Below are positions 39,649 through 50,627 of a stretch of DNA of 64,000 bases, in pieces (positions within the stretch are counted from its first letter, which is position 1; every line of letters begins with the position of its first letter). The stretch spans positions 2,720,001 through 2,784,000 of the forward strand of contig OZ241863.1 of the NCBI GenBank assembly GCA_965203055.1, given 5' to 3'. A program made the translations under genes and the position numbers. The DNA is from Spirochaetia bacterium. GTDB lineage: Bacteria > Spirochaetota > Spirochaetia > SZUA-6 > Bin103. The notes beneath the pieces were generated by a model. It was not told the DNA's origin, ran no database searches, and saw nothing but the letters and a program-made list of their open reading frames with translations.

Positions 39649-40623
39649 ATGACACCGCCCCTGCATCAGCCCCACGATCACCTGTTCCGCCTGGTGTTCG
39701 CCGACCCACGGGAGACCGCCGCCTTCCTCCGCGCGCGCCTGCCGGAGTCCCACCAGCGCGGCTTGCTCTGGTCCTCCCTGCGCCGCGCCCCAGGCTCCTT
39801 CATCGACCAGGAACTGCGCGACTCCGTCTCCGATCTGCTGTTCGAAGTGCGCACCGCCGCCGCCGCGCCGCGGCAGTGGCTCTACCTGCTGTTCGAACAT
39901 CAGTCCCGCCCCGACCGCTGGATCACGCTCCGCCTGCTGCGCTACTGCTGCCGCATCTGGGAGAACGACCGCCGCGCCCGCCCCAAAGCGCGGTACCTGC
40001 GCCCCGTGCTGCCGCTGGTGTTCTACCAAGGCAAGCGCCACTGGACCTACGCCATCGAACTGGCCGAGTCCTTCCCCCCGGCGCTACGCGGCCAGCCATG
40101 GGTGCCCCGCTTCCACCCCCTGCTGCTCGATCAGACCCGGATGGCGCCAGCGGCCGTGGCCGGGGAACTGCTCGGGCAGTTGCTGCAACTCGCGATGATG
40201 CACACCTTCAAGCAGGCCCTGGAGGAAGCGCGGGAGCGGATCGCACCGCTGCTGGAGGCGTTGCAGCGAGAGCCGGTGCGCGGCGGGGTAGATTACTACC
40301 AGGCGTTCATGTCGTATATTCTGAAGACCGGGCCGGCGGACACGCTGCAAGCGCTGGGTGAGGTGCTGCGGCGCCGGGCGCCGAAACTGAGAGGTGATCT
40401 GATGACCTGTGGCGAGATTCTGCGCCGGGAAGGCCGGCAGGAAGGTGAGTTGAAGGGCCGGCGTGAAGGCCGGCAGGAAGGCCGGCTGGAGACCATCGAC
40501 GGGCTCCTGCGGGCCGGGGTCAAGTGGCCGGTGATCCGGTCCGCCACCGGCATCGACGAGCACACCTACCGCTCCCTCAAACGCGACGCCGCCAACGGCA
40601 CCGAGCAGACCACGCCGCGCTAA
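39649..40623 (+). CDS. Rpn family nuclease, copy 2
   Basis: Near-identical to copy 1, with one extra 4-aa EGxx repeat. Confidence 0.92.
   Translation: MTPPLHQPHDHLFRLVFADPRETAAFLRARLPESHQRGLLWSSLRRAPGSFIDQELRDSVSDLLFEVRTAAAAPRQWLYLLFEHQSRPDRWITLRLLRYCCRIWENDRRARPKARYLRPVLPLVFYQGKRHWTYAIELAESFPPALRGQPWVPRFHPLLLDQTRMAPAAVAGELLGQLLQLAMMHTFKQALEEARERIAPLLEALQREPVRGGVDYYQAFMSYILKTGPADTLQALGEVLRRRAPKLRGDLMTCGEILRREGRQEGELKGRREGRQEGRLETIDGLLRAGVKWPVIRSATGIDEHTYRSLKRDAANGTEQTTPR
40402..40623 (+). CDS. Putative intragenic RpnS antitoxin (73 aa), copy 2
   Basis: Same GAGGTGAT-ctg-ATG arrangement as copy 1. Confidence 0.65.
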   Translation: MTCGEILRREGRQEGELKGRREGRQEGRLETIDGLLRAGVKWPVIRSATGIDEHTYRSLKRDAANGTEQTTPR

Positions 40624-40735
40624 CCTGTCGGTCTTCGGCTTCCCGGCGGTGCGCGGGTGCGCGGCGCGGGTGCGCCCGGCGGCGCGATTCGCTACGGTAG
40701 GGGGAGCATCGCACCGCTAGGGAGGAGCCGCAATC

Positions 40736-41806
40736 GTGGGAGAATCGAAGATCGACGCGCGGGCGCTGGAGGCGTTCTGCATCGCCGCCATGACGCAGGC
40801 CGGAATCAGCCGCGAGGACGCCGAACTGTCGGCGCGGGTGTTCGTGACCACCGACACCTGGGGGACGTTCACCCACGGCACCCGGCAGCTCCGCGGGCTG
40901 ATGAAGAATGCGCGCCGCGGGCGGCTGGCGGCCGGCGCCCGCGAGGAGGTGGCCGCCGAAGGGCCGTCCTGGGCCATGATCGACGCCCGCCACGGCATGC
41001 CGCCGGCCATCTCCTGCCGCGCCGCGCTGCTGGCGGTGGCCAAGGCGCGGGGCACCGGCATGGCCTACGTCGGCGTGCGCGGCAGCAGCCACTTCGGCGC
41101 CGCCGGCTACTACGCCAATCTGATCGCCGAACAGGGCCTGTTCGGGATGGCGATGTGCAACGTGGAGCCGTGCATGACGGTGCCGGGGGCCCGCAGCCGC
41201 ATCCTGGGAACCAACCCGATCGCCTACGCGGCGCCGACCGGAACTGCCCGCACCATCATGCTCGACATCGCCACCAGCGCGGTCGCCGCCACCAAGATCT
41301 TCGCCGCCAAGACCGAGGGCCGCAGCATCCCCGACACCTGGCTGGTGGACGACGCCGGCGTTCCCACCACCGATCCCGCCATCTACCCTGAGCGCGGCGC
41401 GCAGTTGCCGATGGCCGGCCACAAGGGCTACGGCCTGGCGGTGCTGGTGGAGATCCTGACCGCGGTGCTGACCGGCTCGGCGATGATGGGCGAGGTGCGC
41501 AGTTGGGTGGCGGACGATCCGCAGCCGCCGGACCAGGGGCACGCCTTCCTGGCGCTGGACGTCGGCGCGATGCTGCCGGCGGCCCGCTTCTACGAACGCA
41601 TGGCCGCCCTGAGCGGCGCCATCAAGGGCGCGGAACCCGCGCAGGGAGCGACCATCTACCTGCCGGGTGAGATGGAGTGGGAACGCCGCGAACAGGCGCT
41701 GGCGGAGGGGATTCCGCTGCCGGAAGACGTGCTGGTGAGCCTGCGCGGCCTGGCTGCCGACAGCGGGCTCGCGCCGGCGCGTTACGGCCTCGACCTCGGC
41801 GGATGA
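40736..41806 (+). CDS. Ldh_2 family oxidoreductase (malate/L-lactate/ureidoglycolate dehydrogenase-like)
   Basis: GTFTHG, SSHFGAAGYY, GTNPIA, LDIATS, GHKGYGL, YLPGEME; SD ggagg. Confidence 0.92.
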   Translation: MGESKIDARALEAFCIAAMTQAGISREDAELSARVFVTTDTWGTFTHGTRQLRGLMKNARRGRLAAGAREEVAAEGPSWAMIDARHGMPPAISCRAALLAVAKARGTGMAYVGVRGSSHFGAAGYYANLIAEQGLFGMAMCNVEPCMTVPGARSRILGTNPIAYAAPTGTARTIMLDIATSAVAATKIFAAKTEGRSIPDTWLVDDAGVPTTDPAIYPERGAQLPMAGHKGYGLAVLVEILTAVLTGSAMMGEVRSWVADDPQPPDQGHAFLALDVGAMLPAARFYERMAALSGAIKGAEPAQGATIYLPGEMEWERREQALAEGIPLPEDVLVSLRGLAADSGLAPARYGLDLGG

Positions 41807-41867
41807 GGAGCGCCGCGGCGCGCCGCGGCAGGCGGCCTTTGGCTGACGGCCGAACCGGGGTTCGCTG

Positions 41868-44800
41868 ATGCCGATCGACCGGCGGGAGCTGCTGAGCGAT
41901 CTGCGGAGGCAGCTCCGGCTGCTGGAACGGGACTTGGCCGCACGCGCCGACAGCGTGCCGGAGATGGCCGCGGCGCTGCAGGCGGAGTATCAGGCGGCGC
42001 GCGCCGCCGAGCGCACCGCCGCGACCTTCCGCGTCTGGCGCGCCGGCGAACTCACCCAGGCCGCAGTCGCGTGGCTGCTCGGCGCCGTGTTCGTGCGCTT
42101 CATCGAGGACAACGGGCTGATCGACGAGCCGCTGATCGGCGGCCCGAACCGCGCCATCGATCGGGCGGAGGAGCGCCAGCTACGCTACTTTCGCTCCCAT
42201 CCCACCGCGACCGACCGCGACTACCTGCTACACGGGTTCGCCGCCGTCGCCCGTCTGCCGGCGCTGGCCATGCTCTACGACCGCGCCCGCAACCCGGTGT
42301 GGCGCCTCGGCATCTCCGGCGACGCGGCGCGCGATCTGCTGGAGTTCTGGCGCACCGTGAACCCGGACACCGGGGTGCTGCGCCACGACTTCACCGACCC
42401 CGAATGGGACACCCGCTTCCTGGGCGACCTGTACCAGGACCTGTCCGACGACGCCAAGAAGCGCTACGCCCTGTTGCAGACGCCGGAGTTCGTCGAGGAG
42501 TTCATCCTGGAGCGCACGCTGACGCCGGCGCTGGAACAGTTCGGGCTGGCCGCAGTGCGCCTGATCGACCCGGCCTGCGGCTCCGGTCACTTCCTGCTCG
42601 GCGCGTTCCAGCGGCTGCTGCGCCGGTGGCGCGCCTGCGAGCCCGAAGCGCCGAAACAGGAACTGGCGCAGCGCGCGCTGACCGCCGTGCACGGCGTGGA
42701 CGTCAACCCGTTCGCCGCGGCGATCGCGCGCTTCCGGCTGCTGGTGGCGGCGCTGCGGGCGAGCGGCATCAGGCGCCTGCAAGAGGCGCCGGCGTTCCCG
42801 CTCAACGTGGCCGCCGGCGACAGCCTGCTCCACGGACGCCGCTTCGGGGAGCTGGACCTGGGCAGCGGCGCGGAACAGCACGCGCTCACCGGCCAGGCCG
42901 AGTTCGCGCACGCCTTCCAGTCCGAAGACATCGGCGCCCTGAACCGCATCCTCGGCCGGCAGTATCACGTAGTGGTCGGGAATCCTCCCTACATCACGGT
43001 GAAGGACAAGGCGGTCAACCAGTTGTACCGCGCGCGCTACACGACCTGCCACCGGCAGTATTCGCTCGCGGTGCCGTTCACCGAACGCCTCTTCGATCTC
43101 GCGGTACGGGACGACTCGCGCCGCGCCGGTTACGTGGGGATGATCACGGCGAATTCCTTCATGAAGCGCGAGTTCGGAAAGAAGCTGATCGAATCGTTCC
43201 TGCCGGGCGTTGACCTGACTCACGTACTCGATACCTCCGGCGCGTACATCCCCGGCCACGGAACACCCACGGTGATCCTGCTTGGCCGCCATCGTCCGCC
43301 GCATTGCGACGTAGTTCGAGCCGTCATCGGCATTCGCGGCGAGCCGAAGACACCTGATGATGCCGCATTGGGGCATGTCTGGTCAGACATCGTTGCTCAA
43401 GTAGACGACCGACTGACGAGCAGCGATTGGGTGACCTCCGAAGACCTGCCGCGAACGAAGCTTTCGGTGTACCCATGGAGCATCAGCGGCGGCGGCGCCG
43501 GCCACATTCTCGAACGTATCGACAAGGCGGGTGTGACTACACTCGGCAAAATTGCCATGGCAGCAGGTCGAATGACCCACACCGGCGAGGATAGCGCATT
43601 CTACTTCCCGGCAGACAACGGAACCGCGATAGATAGTAATAGTAGTTTCTCGATTTCCGTCGTCACCGGCGAAGACGTCAGAAACTGGATGCTCGCGCCA
43701 TCGGTCGTTTCACTATTTCCCTATGAAGACGACGGAGAGTCGGTATCCTGGGACAGACTTCCTCAGGCGATCCAACGACATTTCTGGCGCTTGCGAACGA
43801 CCTTGCGGTCGCGGCAGGACTACGGCGAGTTCATCGAACGACGCGGACTGAGATGGTATGAACACTCGATGTTCTTCAAGCGCCGTTACCGTGTTCCGCT
43901 ATCAATAGTATTTGCCTTCGTCGCTACTCACAATCATTTCGTACTCGACCGAGGCGGCAAGGTGTTCAACCGTTCCGCTCCGGTCATCAAGCTGCCGGAT
44001 AACGCTACAGAGACAGACCACTTGGAGCTTGTTGGTTTGCTCAACAGTTCTACGGCGTGTTTCTGGCTGAAACAGGTGCTCCATAACAAGGGAGGCGGGG
44101 GGATTGGTGGCGGATTAGCAAGCGAAGAGTGGGAACAGTTCTACGAGTACACTGCAACAGGACTAAAACTGTTTCCGCTTGCTACAGAGCGGCCTCTTGA
44201 TCTCGCGGTAGCGCTTGATCGTCTTGCTGCGGAGCGACAGTCCCATCTGCCGGCGCAACTGACCGACCGCTTTCCCTTGACGCCGGAGGAACTGGATGCT
44301 CACTGCGACGCCGCGGCGTCTCTGCAGGCGCGCATGATCGCCCTGCAGGAGGAACTCGACTGGGAATGCTACCGCCTCTACGGCCTCATCCACGAAGATT
44401 GCCGGTATTCCGGCGGCAACGGCACCGGCGCCCGCTCCGAACCCCCGCCGCTGGCGCTGGGCGAGCGCGCCTTCGAGATCGTCATGGCGCGGCGGATGGC
44501 GGCCGGCGAACTGCAAACCCGGTGGTTCGAGCGCCACGGTTCCACGCCGATCACCGAGGCGCCGGCCCACTGGCCGGAGGACTACCGCGCCCTGGTCGCG
44601 CGGCGCATCAAGCTGATCGGGTCCGACCGCTTCGTCGGCCTGCTGGAAAAGCCGGAGTACAAGCGCCGCTGGAACACCGAACCGTGGGAGGATCAGGAAC
44701 GGCGCGCCCTCCGCGCCTGGCTGCTCGACCGGCTGGAGTCGCCCGCCTACTGGCCGGAGCCCCGGCTCACCACCGTCGGCGAGCTCGCCGCGCGGGCGGC

Positions 44801-45578
44801 CGCGGATGCCGACTTTCAGGAGGCCGCCGTCCGCTTCTCCTATCGCGCCTACGGCTACCTCGACGCGCTAGTCGCCGAGCTGGTGGAGGCCGAAAGCGTG
44901 CCGGCGCTGCCGGCGCTGCGCTACAAGCCCTCCGGCCTGGCCAAGCGCGCCGACTGGGAGGCGGTCTGGGCCGCGCAGCGGCGCGAAGACGAAATCGACG
45001 CCGAGGCTGCCGCGGCGACGCCGCCCCTGCCTGACGAGACCGAAGATCAGCATGCCGCCCGCCTCAAGGCTGAACAGGACCGCCGCAAGCGGGACGAGCT
45101 CGGCGACCTGGCGCCGCCGCCCAAGTACCGCGCGGCCGACTTTCTGAAAGCCGGCTACTGGCGCCTGCGCGGAGCCCTCGACGTGCCCAAGGAGCGCTTC
45201 TTCAGCTTGCCGGGCGTGAGCGGCGACGACGATCCCACGCTCCTGGTGGGCTGCGCCGGGTGGGATCACTTGACTCTCTGCCAGGCGCTGGCCGCCTACT
45301 ACAACGAGGCCGACGAGCGCGACGGCTGGAACGCGGCCCGGGCCGCCCCGCTGCTGGCGGCGATCCGGGAGCACGTGCCGTGGCTCAAGCAGTGGCACAA
45401 CGACCTCGACGAGGAATACCAGGAGCGCCTGGGCGACGTCTACGACAGCTTCGTTCGCTCGCAACTCGCGCGGTTCCGTCTGACCGAACACGATCTGCGG
45501 CAACAGGCGCCGCATGGAAGCGCGGCCCGCCCGCCCCGCCCGCGGCGAACAGTTGCGCCTGGTTGGCGGCTCCCTTAG
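41868..45578 (+). CDS. pglX: BREX type 2 adenine-specific DNA methyltransferase PglX
   Basis: [38 protein letters not shown] (motif I), VVGNPPY (motif IV), [54 protein letters not shown]. Confidence 0.9.
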   Translation: MPIDRRELLSDLRRQLRLLERDLAARADSVPEMAAALQAEYQAARAAERTAATFRVWRAGELTQAAVAWLLGAVFVRFIEDNGLIDEPLIGGPNRAIDRAEERQLRYFRSHPTATDRDYLLHGFAAVARLPALAMLYDRARNPVWRLGISGDAARDLLEFWRTVNPDTGVLRHDFTDPEWDTRFLGDLYQDLSDDAKKRYALLQTPEFVEEFILERTLTPALEQFGLAAVRLIDPACGSGHFLLGAFQRLLRRWRACEPEAPKQELAQRALTAVHGVDVNPFAAAIARFRLLVAALRASGIRRLQEAPAFPLNVAAGDSLLHGRRFGELDLGSGAEQHALTGQAEFAHAFQSEDIGALNRILGRQYHVVVGNPPYITVKDKAVNQLYRARYTTCHRQYSLAVPFTERLFDLAVRDDSRRAGYVGMITANSFMKREFGKKLIESFLPGVDLTHVLDTSGAYIPGHGTPTVILLGRHRPPHCDVVRAVIGIRGEPKTPDDAALGHVWSDIVAQVDDRLTSSDWVTSEDLPRTKLSVYPWSISGGGAGHILERIDKAGVTTLGKIAMAAGRMTHTGEDSAFYFPADNGTAIDSNSSFSISVVTGEDVRNWMLAPSVVSLFPYEDDGESVSWDRLPQAIQRHFWRLRTTLRSRQDYGEFIERRGLRWYEHSMFFKRRYRVPLSIVFAFVATHNHFVLDRGGKVFNRSAPVIKLPDNATETDHLELVGLLNSSTACFWLKQVLHNKGGGGIGGGLASEEWEQFYEYTATGLKLFPLATERPLDLAVALDRLAAERQSHLPAQLTDRFPLTPEELDAHCDAAASLQARMIALQEELDWECYRLYGLIHEDCRYSGGNGTGARSEPPPLALGERAFEIVMARRMAAGELQTRWFERHGSTPITEAPAHWPEDYRALVARRIKLIGSDRFVGLLEKPEYKRRWNTEPWEDQERRALRAWLLDRLESPAYWPEPRLTTVGELAARAAADADFQEAAVRFSYRAYGYLDALVAELVEAESVPALPALRYKPSGLAKRADWEAVWAAQRREDEIDAEAAAATPPLPDETEDQHAARLKAEQDRRKRDELGDLAPPPKYRAADFLKAGYWRLRGALDVPKERFFSLPGVSGDDDPTLLVGCAGWDHLTLCQALAAYYNEADERDGWNAARAAPLLAAIREHVPWLKQWHNDLDEEYQERLGDVYDSFVRSQLARFRLTEHDLRQQAPHGSAARPPRPRRTVAPGWRLP

Positions 45579-45619
45579 GATGGCCGTTGACCGCATACCA
45601 TCCACAGGAGCACGCCGCC

Positions 45620-46612
45620 ATGAGCGCCCTCAGTCAGCAGCAGGTCGATCAGTTTCGGGAGCAGGGCTTCCTGAAGGTCGACGCCGTGTTGGACCCGGCC
45701 ACCTGCCTCGATCCGGTGATCGAAGAGTACGAGGGAGTGCTGGACGCGCTGGCCCGCGAACTGTTCGCCGGCGGCGACATTTCCTCGACCTGGGAGGAGC
45801 TGCCGTTCGGCGACCGGGTGACCCGCATCTACGCCGAAAGCGGCCGCGCGCACGCGCAGTACTTCGATTTTTCGCTGCCGTTCTCGGACGTGCGCGAAGA
45901 CACGCCGTTCTGGTGCGGGCCGGCGGTGCTGAACGCCTTTACCGCGGAACCATTGCTGGACGTCGTCGAGTCGCTCATCGGCCCCGAGATCTACTCCAAC
46001 CCGGTGCAGCACGTGCGCATCAAGCCCCCCGAGCACAAGCTGCCGAAGGACCGCAACGGCAAGCCGGTAATCGGCGCCACCCAGTGGCATCAGGACCATG
46101 GCGTGGTCACGCCGGAGGCCGACGCCACCGACATGCTGACGGTGTGGTTTTCGCTGTACGACACCCCGGTCGCGGCGGGACCGTTGAAGGTCGTCCCCGG
46201 CAGCCACCGGGACGGCTTGCGCACCCATTGCGACAACTACCGCGGCCACGGCGGCCGGGAGATTCCCGAGCGGCTGTTCGCCGCCGCCGCCGCCACGCCG
46301 CTCCCCACCGCGCGCGGCGACGTGGTGTGCCTGCACCGTCAGACCGTGCACGGCTCGCTGCCCAACGTCAGCGACGCGATCCGCTGGAGCTTCGACCTGC
46401 GCTACAACCCCATCGGCCAGCATACCGGGCGCGAGGCGTTCCCCGGCTTCGTGGCCCGCAGCCGCCGGGCGCCGCACCTGGAGTTGCGCGACGCCGGCGC
46501 GTGGCGCCGGAGCTGGGAGGAAACCCGCAGCCGGATGGCGCGCCTCAACCAGGGCGGACAGACCGACGTGCCGTTCGGGCGCTGGGCGGACGGCCACCCC
46601 GACTGCGCCTGA
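45620..46612 (+). CDS. PhyH family dioxygenase
   Basis: QFREQGFL, WHQDH (HxD), LKVVPGSH, VHGSLPN..RWSFDLRY; SD aggag. Confidence 0.9.
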   Translation: MSALSQQQVDQFREQGFLKVDAVLDPATCLDPVIEEYEGVLDALARELFAGGDISSTWEELPFGDRVTRIYAESGRAHAQYFDFSLPFSDVREDTPFWCGPAVLNAFTAEPLLDVVESLIGPEIYSNPVQHVRIKPPEHKLPKDRNGKPVIGATQWHQDHGVVTPEADATDMLTVWFSLYDTPVAAGPLKVVPGSHRDGLRTHCDNYRGHGGREIPERLFAAAAATPLPTARGDVVCLHRQTVHGSLPNVSDAIRWSFDLRYNPIGQHTGREAFPGFVARSRRAPHLELRDAGAWRRSWEETRSRMARLNQGGQTDVPFGRWADGHPDCA

Positions 46613-46758
46613 CGCCGCCCGCCGGCGCGCGCCGCGCCGGCCGCGCCGTTGACAGGGGGCAACCGGCCTGCGATGATTCGAGGCTGCCGCCGGGCGCGCA
46701 GCCGCCCGGCCGCTCCCGGCCGCGGCCCGCGAGCTCCGGCATCCGGTGAGGAGAGAGG

Positions 46759-47718
46759 TTGGCATCATCCGCAGACGCCGCGCAGCGCGAGTTGAAGCTG
46801 GCGCTGCGCCGCAAGGCGTGGAAGGAATACACGATCAACTGGGAGCTGTACCTGATGGGGCTGCTGCCGGTGGTGTGGCTGATCGTGTTCATGTACCTCC
46901 CGATGTACGGCAACGTGATCGCGTTCAAGCGGTTCGTGGCTTCCCAAGGCATCTGGGGCAGTCCCTGGGTCGGGTTCGACAACTTCGAACGCTTCTTCAG
47001 TTCGTTCAAGTTCGGGAACATCATGTGGAACACGTTCTTCCTGAACGCGTACGACCTGGTTCTCGGCTTTCCGATTCCGATCGTCCTCGCCCTGCTGCTC
47101 CACTACGCGCCGTTTCGGGGCTACAAGAAGACGGTGCAGATGGTCACCTACGCCCCCCACTTCATTTCCACCGTGGTGATGGTGGGCATCATCTTCAAGC
47201 TGTTCTCGCAGCGCATCGGCATCGTCAACGTCGCGCTCACCGCGCTGGGGATGCCGGAGCAAAACTTCCTCGGCAGTCCGGCCTGGTTCCCGCACATCTA
47301 CGTGTGGACCAACGTGTGGCAGAACATGGGCTACGCCACGATCATCTTCCTGGCGGCGCTGTCGGCGGTCGATCCCGAGTTGCACGAAGCGGCGCGCGTC
47401 GACGGCGCCACCATCTGGCAGCGCATCTGGCACATCGATCTGCCCGGCATCGCCGCGGTGGTGATCATCCTGCTGATCTTGCGGCTCGGCCAGATTCTCA
47501 ACATCGGCTTCGAAAAGGTGTTCCTGATGCAGAACACGGTCAACATCGCCGCCTCCGAGGTGGTGGACACCTACGTCTACAAGATCGGGCTCGCCTCCCG
47601 CAACCCCAACTTCTCCTACGCCTCCGCCATCGGCCTGTTCAAGAACGTGATCGCGTTCGTGCTGCTGATCGCGGTGAACCGCCTCGCGCGGCGCACCAGC
47701 GGAACCAGCCTGTGGTAG
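46759..47718 (+). CDS. Carbohydrate ABC transporter permease (LplB-like)
   Basis: YLPMYG..IAFK, SPWVGFDNF, YAPHFIS, ELHEAARVDGA; promoter TTGACA(46649)-N17-GATGAT upstream. Confidence 0.92.
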   Translation: MASSADAAQRELKLALRRKAWKEYTINWELYLMGLLPVVWLIVFMYLPMYGNVIAFKRFVASQGIWGSPWVGFDNFERFFSSFKFGNIMWNTFFLNAYDLVLGFPIPIVLALLLHYAPFRGYKKTVQMVTYAPHFISTVVMVGIIFKLFSQRIGIVNVALTALGMPEQNFLGSPAWFPHIYVWTNVWQNMGYATIIFLAALSAVDPELHEAARVDGATIWQRIWHIDLPGIAAVVIILLILRLGQILNIGFEKVFLMQNTVNIAASEVVDTYVYKIGLASRNPNFSYASAIGLFKNVIAFVLLIAVNRLARRTSGTSLW

Positions 47719-47737
47719 GCGTGGCAGGCGGGCGCTG

Positions 47738-48721
47738 ATGGCGGCGGTACGGGCGGCGGGCGCGGCCGGCGCCGGCGCCGCGGCGCTGCCGGGCGGCGGC
47801 CGGCGCCGCGCCTCCGGCATCCGCCACGCGCGGGAGGATCGGCTGTTCTACGTGCTCGACGTGGGACTGCTCGGCCTCACCTTCCTGCTGGTCGTCTATC
47901 CGTTGATCTACGTGGTCAGCTCGTCGTTCAGCGACGCCCTGGAAGTGGTGGCCGGAAGGGTCTGGCTGCTGCCGGTGAAACCCTCGCTGGAAGGCTACAA
48001 GGCGGTATTCGAGTACAGCGAGCTGTGGCTCGGCTACGGCAACACCATCTTCTATACCGTGTTCGGCACCATCTACAACGTGGTGATGACCATGCTGATC
48101 GCCTACCCGTTGTCGCGGCGCGACTTCCGGGGCCGCGGCGTGCTGATGTTCCTGTTCACCTTCACGCTGTTCTTTCAGGGCGGCCTCATCCCCACCTACC
48201 TGTTGATTCGCAGCGTCGGCATCATCGACACGCGCGCGGTGATGATCATCCCGTTCGCCATCGGGGTGTGGAACGTGATCATTACCCGCACCTTCCTGCA
48301 ATCCAACATTCCCGCCGAGCTGTACGAGGCGGCGCGCGTCGACGGCGCGACCAACTCGCGCATGCTGTGGAGCGTGGTGCTGCCGCTGTCCGGGCCGATC
48401 ATCGCGGTGATCACCCTGTTCTACGCGGTAAATCACTGGAACCAGTTCTTCAACGCGCTGGTCTACCTGCGGCGCCAGGAGCTGCGCCCGCTGCAGATCA
48501 TTCTGCGCGAAATCCTGGTGCTCAACTCGCCGGGCGTGATCGATCAGTTGATGGCCTCGGCCTCGCCGGAGCAGGTGGAGGCGCTGCAATCGCGGATGTA
48601 TCTGCAGGGATTGATCCAGTTCGCGCTGATCGTGATCGCCACCGCGCCGATCCTGGCGGTGTATCCGTTCGTGCAGAAATACTTCGTGCGCGGGGTGATG
48701 ATCGGCGCCCTCAAGGGATGA
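47738..48721 (+). CDS. Carbohydrate ABC transporter permease (LplC-like)
   Basis: FQGGLIPTYL, ELYEAARVDGA, YAVNHWNQFF, YPFVQKYFVRGVMIGALKG. Confidence 0.92.
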   Translation: MAAVRAAGAAGAGAAALPGGGRRRASGIRHAREDRLFYVLDVGLLGLTFLLVVYPLIYVVSSSFSDALEVVAGRVWLLPVKPSLEGYKAVFEYSELWLGYGNTIFYTVFGTIYNVVMTMLIAYPLSRRDFRGRGVLMFLFTFTLFFQGGLIPTYLLIRSVGIIDTRAVMIIPFAIGVWNVIITRTFLQSNIPAELYEAARVDGATNSRMLWSVVLPLSGPIIAVITLFYAVNHWNQFFNALVYLRRQELRPLQIILREILVLNSPGVIDQLMASASPEQVEALQSRMYLQGLIQFALIVIATAPILAVYPFVQKYFVRGVMIGALKG

Positions 48722-48827
48722 CGGGGATGACGGCGCGCGCACTTGACTGATGAATTGCGGAGTCCGGGTGTTACCCGGAACTGAAAGGAGACCGCGGCGC
48801 CAAGCCGCGACAACAGGAGCAGCATAC

Positions 48828-50552
48828 ATGCTCAGAATCACGGGCCTCGCCTTGGCGGCGCTGCTGGCGTTCGGCGGAGCCGCCTTCGCCGCCGGCGCCG
48901 AAGACACCGCGGCGAGCGCGTATCAACTGAACCCGCCGGGAACCTACCCGGTGGTGGACGAGAAGGTGACGATCAGCGCGATTGCCTACTACTCGTCGAG
49001 CACCTCGTCAGGCACCCCCGGAGACGCGGCGTTCGCCACCTATCTGGAGGACCTCACCAACGTGCGCGTCGACTTCGTCGAGATGATCGAGTCGAACGGC
49101 GCGCAGGAGAAGTTCAACCTGATCCTGGCCTCCGGCGATCTGCCGGACATTCTCATTCCGCACGGCTCGATAACCGCGCAGCAGGTGTTTCTGCACGGCA
49201 GCAACGGCACCTTCCTGCCGCTCAACGACCTGATCGAGCAGCGCATGCCGTCGCTCAAGCAGCGCCTCGGCGAGGCGCCGGAGATCAGGGCGCGGCTGAC
49301 GATGCCGGACGGCAACATCTACGCCTTCCCCGACGTCGAAGCCAACTGCTTTCACTGCCAGTTCTCGGCCAAGCTGTGGGTATACCAGCCGTGGGTGGAG
49401 AAGCTGGGGCTGAAGTGGCCGCCGGAGACCACCGAGGAGCTGTACCAGACCTTCAAGGCGTTCAAGACCCAGGACCCGAACGGCAACGGCCAGGCGGACG
49501 AGATTCCGATTCTGGGCGCCGTGGACGGCTGGCGGCAGGACCCGTTCACCTTCCTGATGAACCCGTTCATCTTCACCAGCCACCCGTACGGCGCCAACTA
49601 CGGCGCGTTCCTGGAGCGCAGCCCCTCCGACGTGCGCTTCGTGGCCAACACGCCGGAGTGGCGCGAGGGTCTGAAGTTCATGCGCCGGCTGTACGCCGAA
49701 GGGCTGCTCGGCGACGAGAGCTTCGTGTGGAAGCGGCAGGAAGGGATGGCGGCGGTCGAGAACCCGGACAAGGAGCTGGTGGGGTCGTTCCCCGCCGGCT
49801 GGTTCGGAATGATGACGCTGAACGGCGCCGGCACCGGGCGCTTCGCGCACTTCCAGCCGATCGCCCCGGTGTCGGGGCCGACCGGCCTGCGCCAGACCAC
49901 CTTCTTCCCGCCCACCATGCGCTATCAGACGCAGATCACGCCGAGCGGCGCCGACCGCCAGGAGGTGATCGCGCAGTGGGCGGACTGGTTCTTCGAAGAT
50001 CCGATCGTGCACGGCAATCTGGCCTGGGGCTGGCGCCGCGAGGGCATCGACTGGCGCTGGCTCACCGACGAGGAGAAGGCCAAGGGCTGGGTGGCGCGCG
50101 ACGGCAACCCGGCGCAGACGCTGAGCATCAACGTCCACGCCTACTCCCGCGACCTGTACGACGACGGCTGGCCGCGCACCGCGCCGGGGCGGTTCGACAT
50201 GATCGCCCACGGCGCGCTGCCGCCGGAGTGGGCCGAGGATCCCTCCAAGCAGGAGTACCGGCTGATGGTGGCGACGCGCGACCTGTACGCGCCCTACAAG
50301 ACCGAAAGCTACATCCCGCCCGACCTGGTGTTCGACGAGACCACGCAGGATGAACTGATCGACCTGGCGGAGACCCTGACCAGCAGCACCGGCCTGGTGC
50401 TGCAGCGGGCCACCGAGTTCATCAACGGCACCCGCGACATCAGCAGCGACGCGGCGTGGAACGACTACGTGCAGGAGCTCGAGCGGGCGGGCATCGACCG
50501 CTACGTCGAGCTGTGGCGCGACACCCTCGCCAACGGAGGCTACTTCAGCTAG
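48828..50552 (+). CDS. Carbohydrate ABC substrate-binding protein (family 1, LplA-like)
   Basis: SD aggag; signal peptide ending AFA-AGAE; LILASGDLPD, PDGNIYAFP, QDPNGNGQADEIP. Confidence 0.92.
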   Translation: MLRITGLALAALLAFGGAAFAAGAEDTAASAYQLNPPGTYPVVDEKVTISAIAYYSSSTSSGTPGDAAFATYLEDLTNVRVDFVEMIESNGAQEKFNLILASGDLPDILIPHGSITAQQVFLHGSNGTFLPLNDLIEQRMPSLKQRLGEAPEIRARLTMPDGNIYAFPDVEANCFHCQFSAKLWVYQPWVEKLGLKWPPETTEELYQTFKAFKTQDPNGNGQADEIPILGAVDGWRQDPFTFLMNPFIFTSHPYGANYGAFLERSPSDVRFVANTPEWREGLKFMRRLYAEGLLGDESFVWKRQEGMAAVENPDKELVGSFPAGWFGMMTLNGAGTGRFAHFQPIAPVSGPTGLRQTTFFPPTMRYQTQITPSGADRQEVIAQWADWFFEDPIVHGNLAWGWRREGIDWRWLTDEEKAKGWVARDGNPAQTLSINVHAYSRDLYDDGWPRTAPGRFDMIAHGALPPEWAEDPSKQEYRLMVATRDLYAPYKTESYIPPDLVFDETTQDELIDLAETLTSSTGLVLQRATEFINGTRDISSDAAWNDYVQELERAGIDRYVELWRDTLANGGYFS

Positions 50553-50587
50553 CTAAGCTAGACCCCGCTCAGGCGCGGAGTTTCACG

Positions 50588-50620
50588 GCGGCCGGCTCGC
50601 TCCCCGAGCCGGCCGCTTTT
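50588..50620 (+). terminator. Rho-independent terminator
   Basis: 12-bp stem gcggccggctcg/cgagccggccgc followed by tttt, between convergent genes. Confidence 0.85.
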
Positions 50621-50627
50621 CATTGAT

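Noticed and set aside
37993..40623. Rpn genes as IS transposases
   Set aside because: No terminal inverted repeats or target duplications; the family is a PD-(D/E)XK nuclease, and the duplication includes neighbouring genes.
44097..44102. G6 tract in pglX as a phase-variation switch
   Set aside because: Short, in frame and explained by the Gly-rich KGGGGIGGG peptide.
48763..48810. Hairpins before the SBP gene as a riboswitch
   Set aside because: No recognisable riboswitch consensus; 7-bp and 5-bp stems only.
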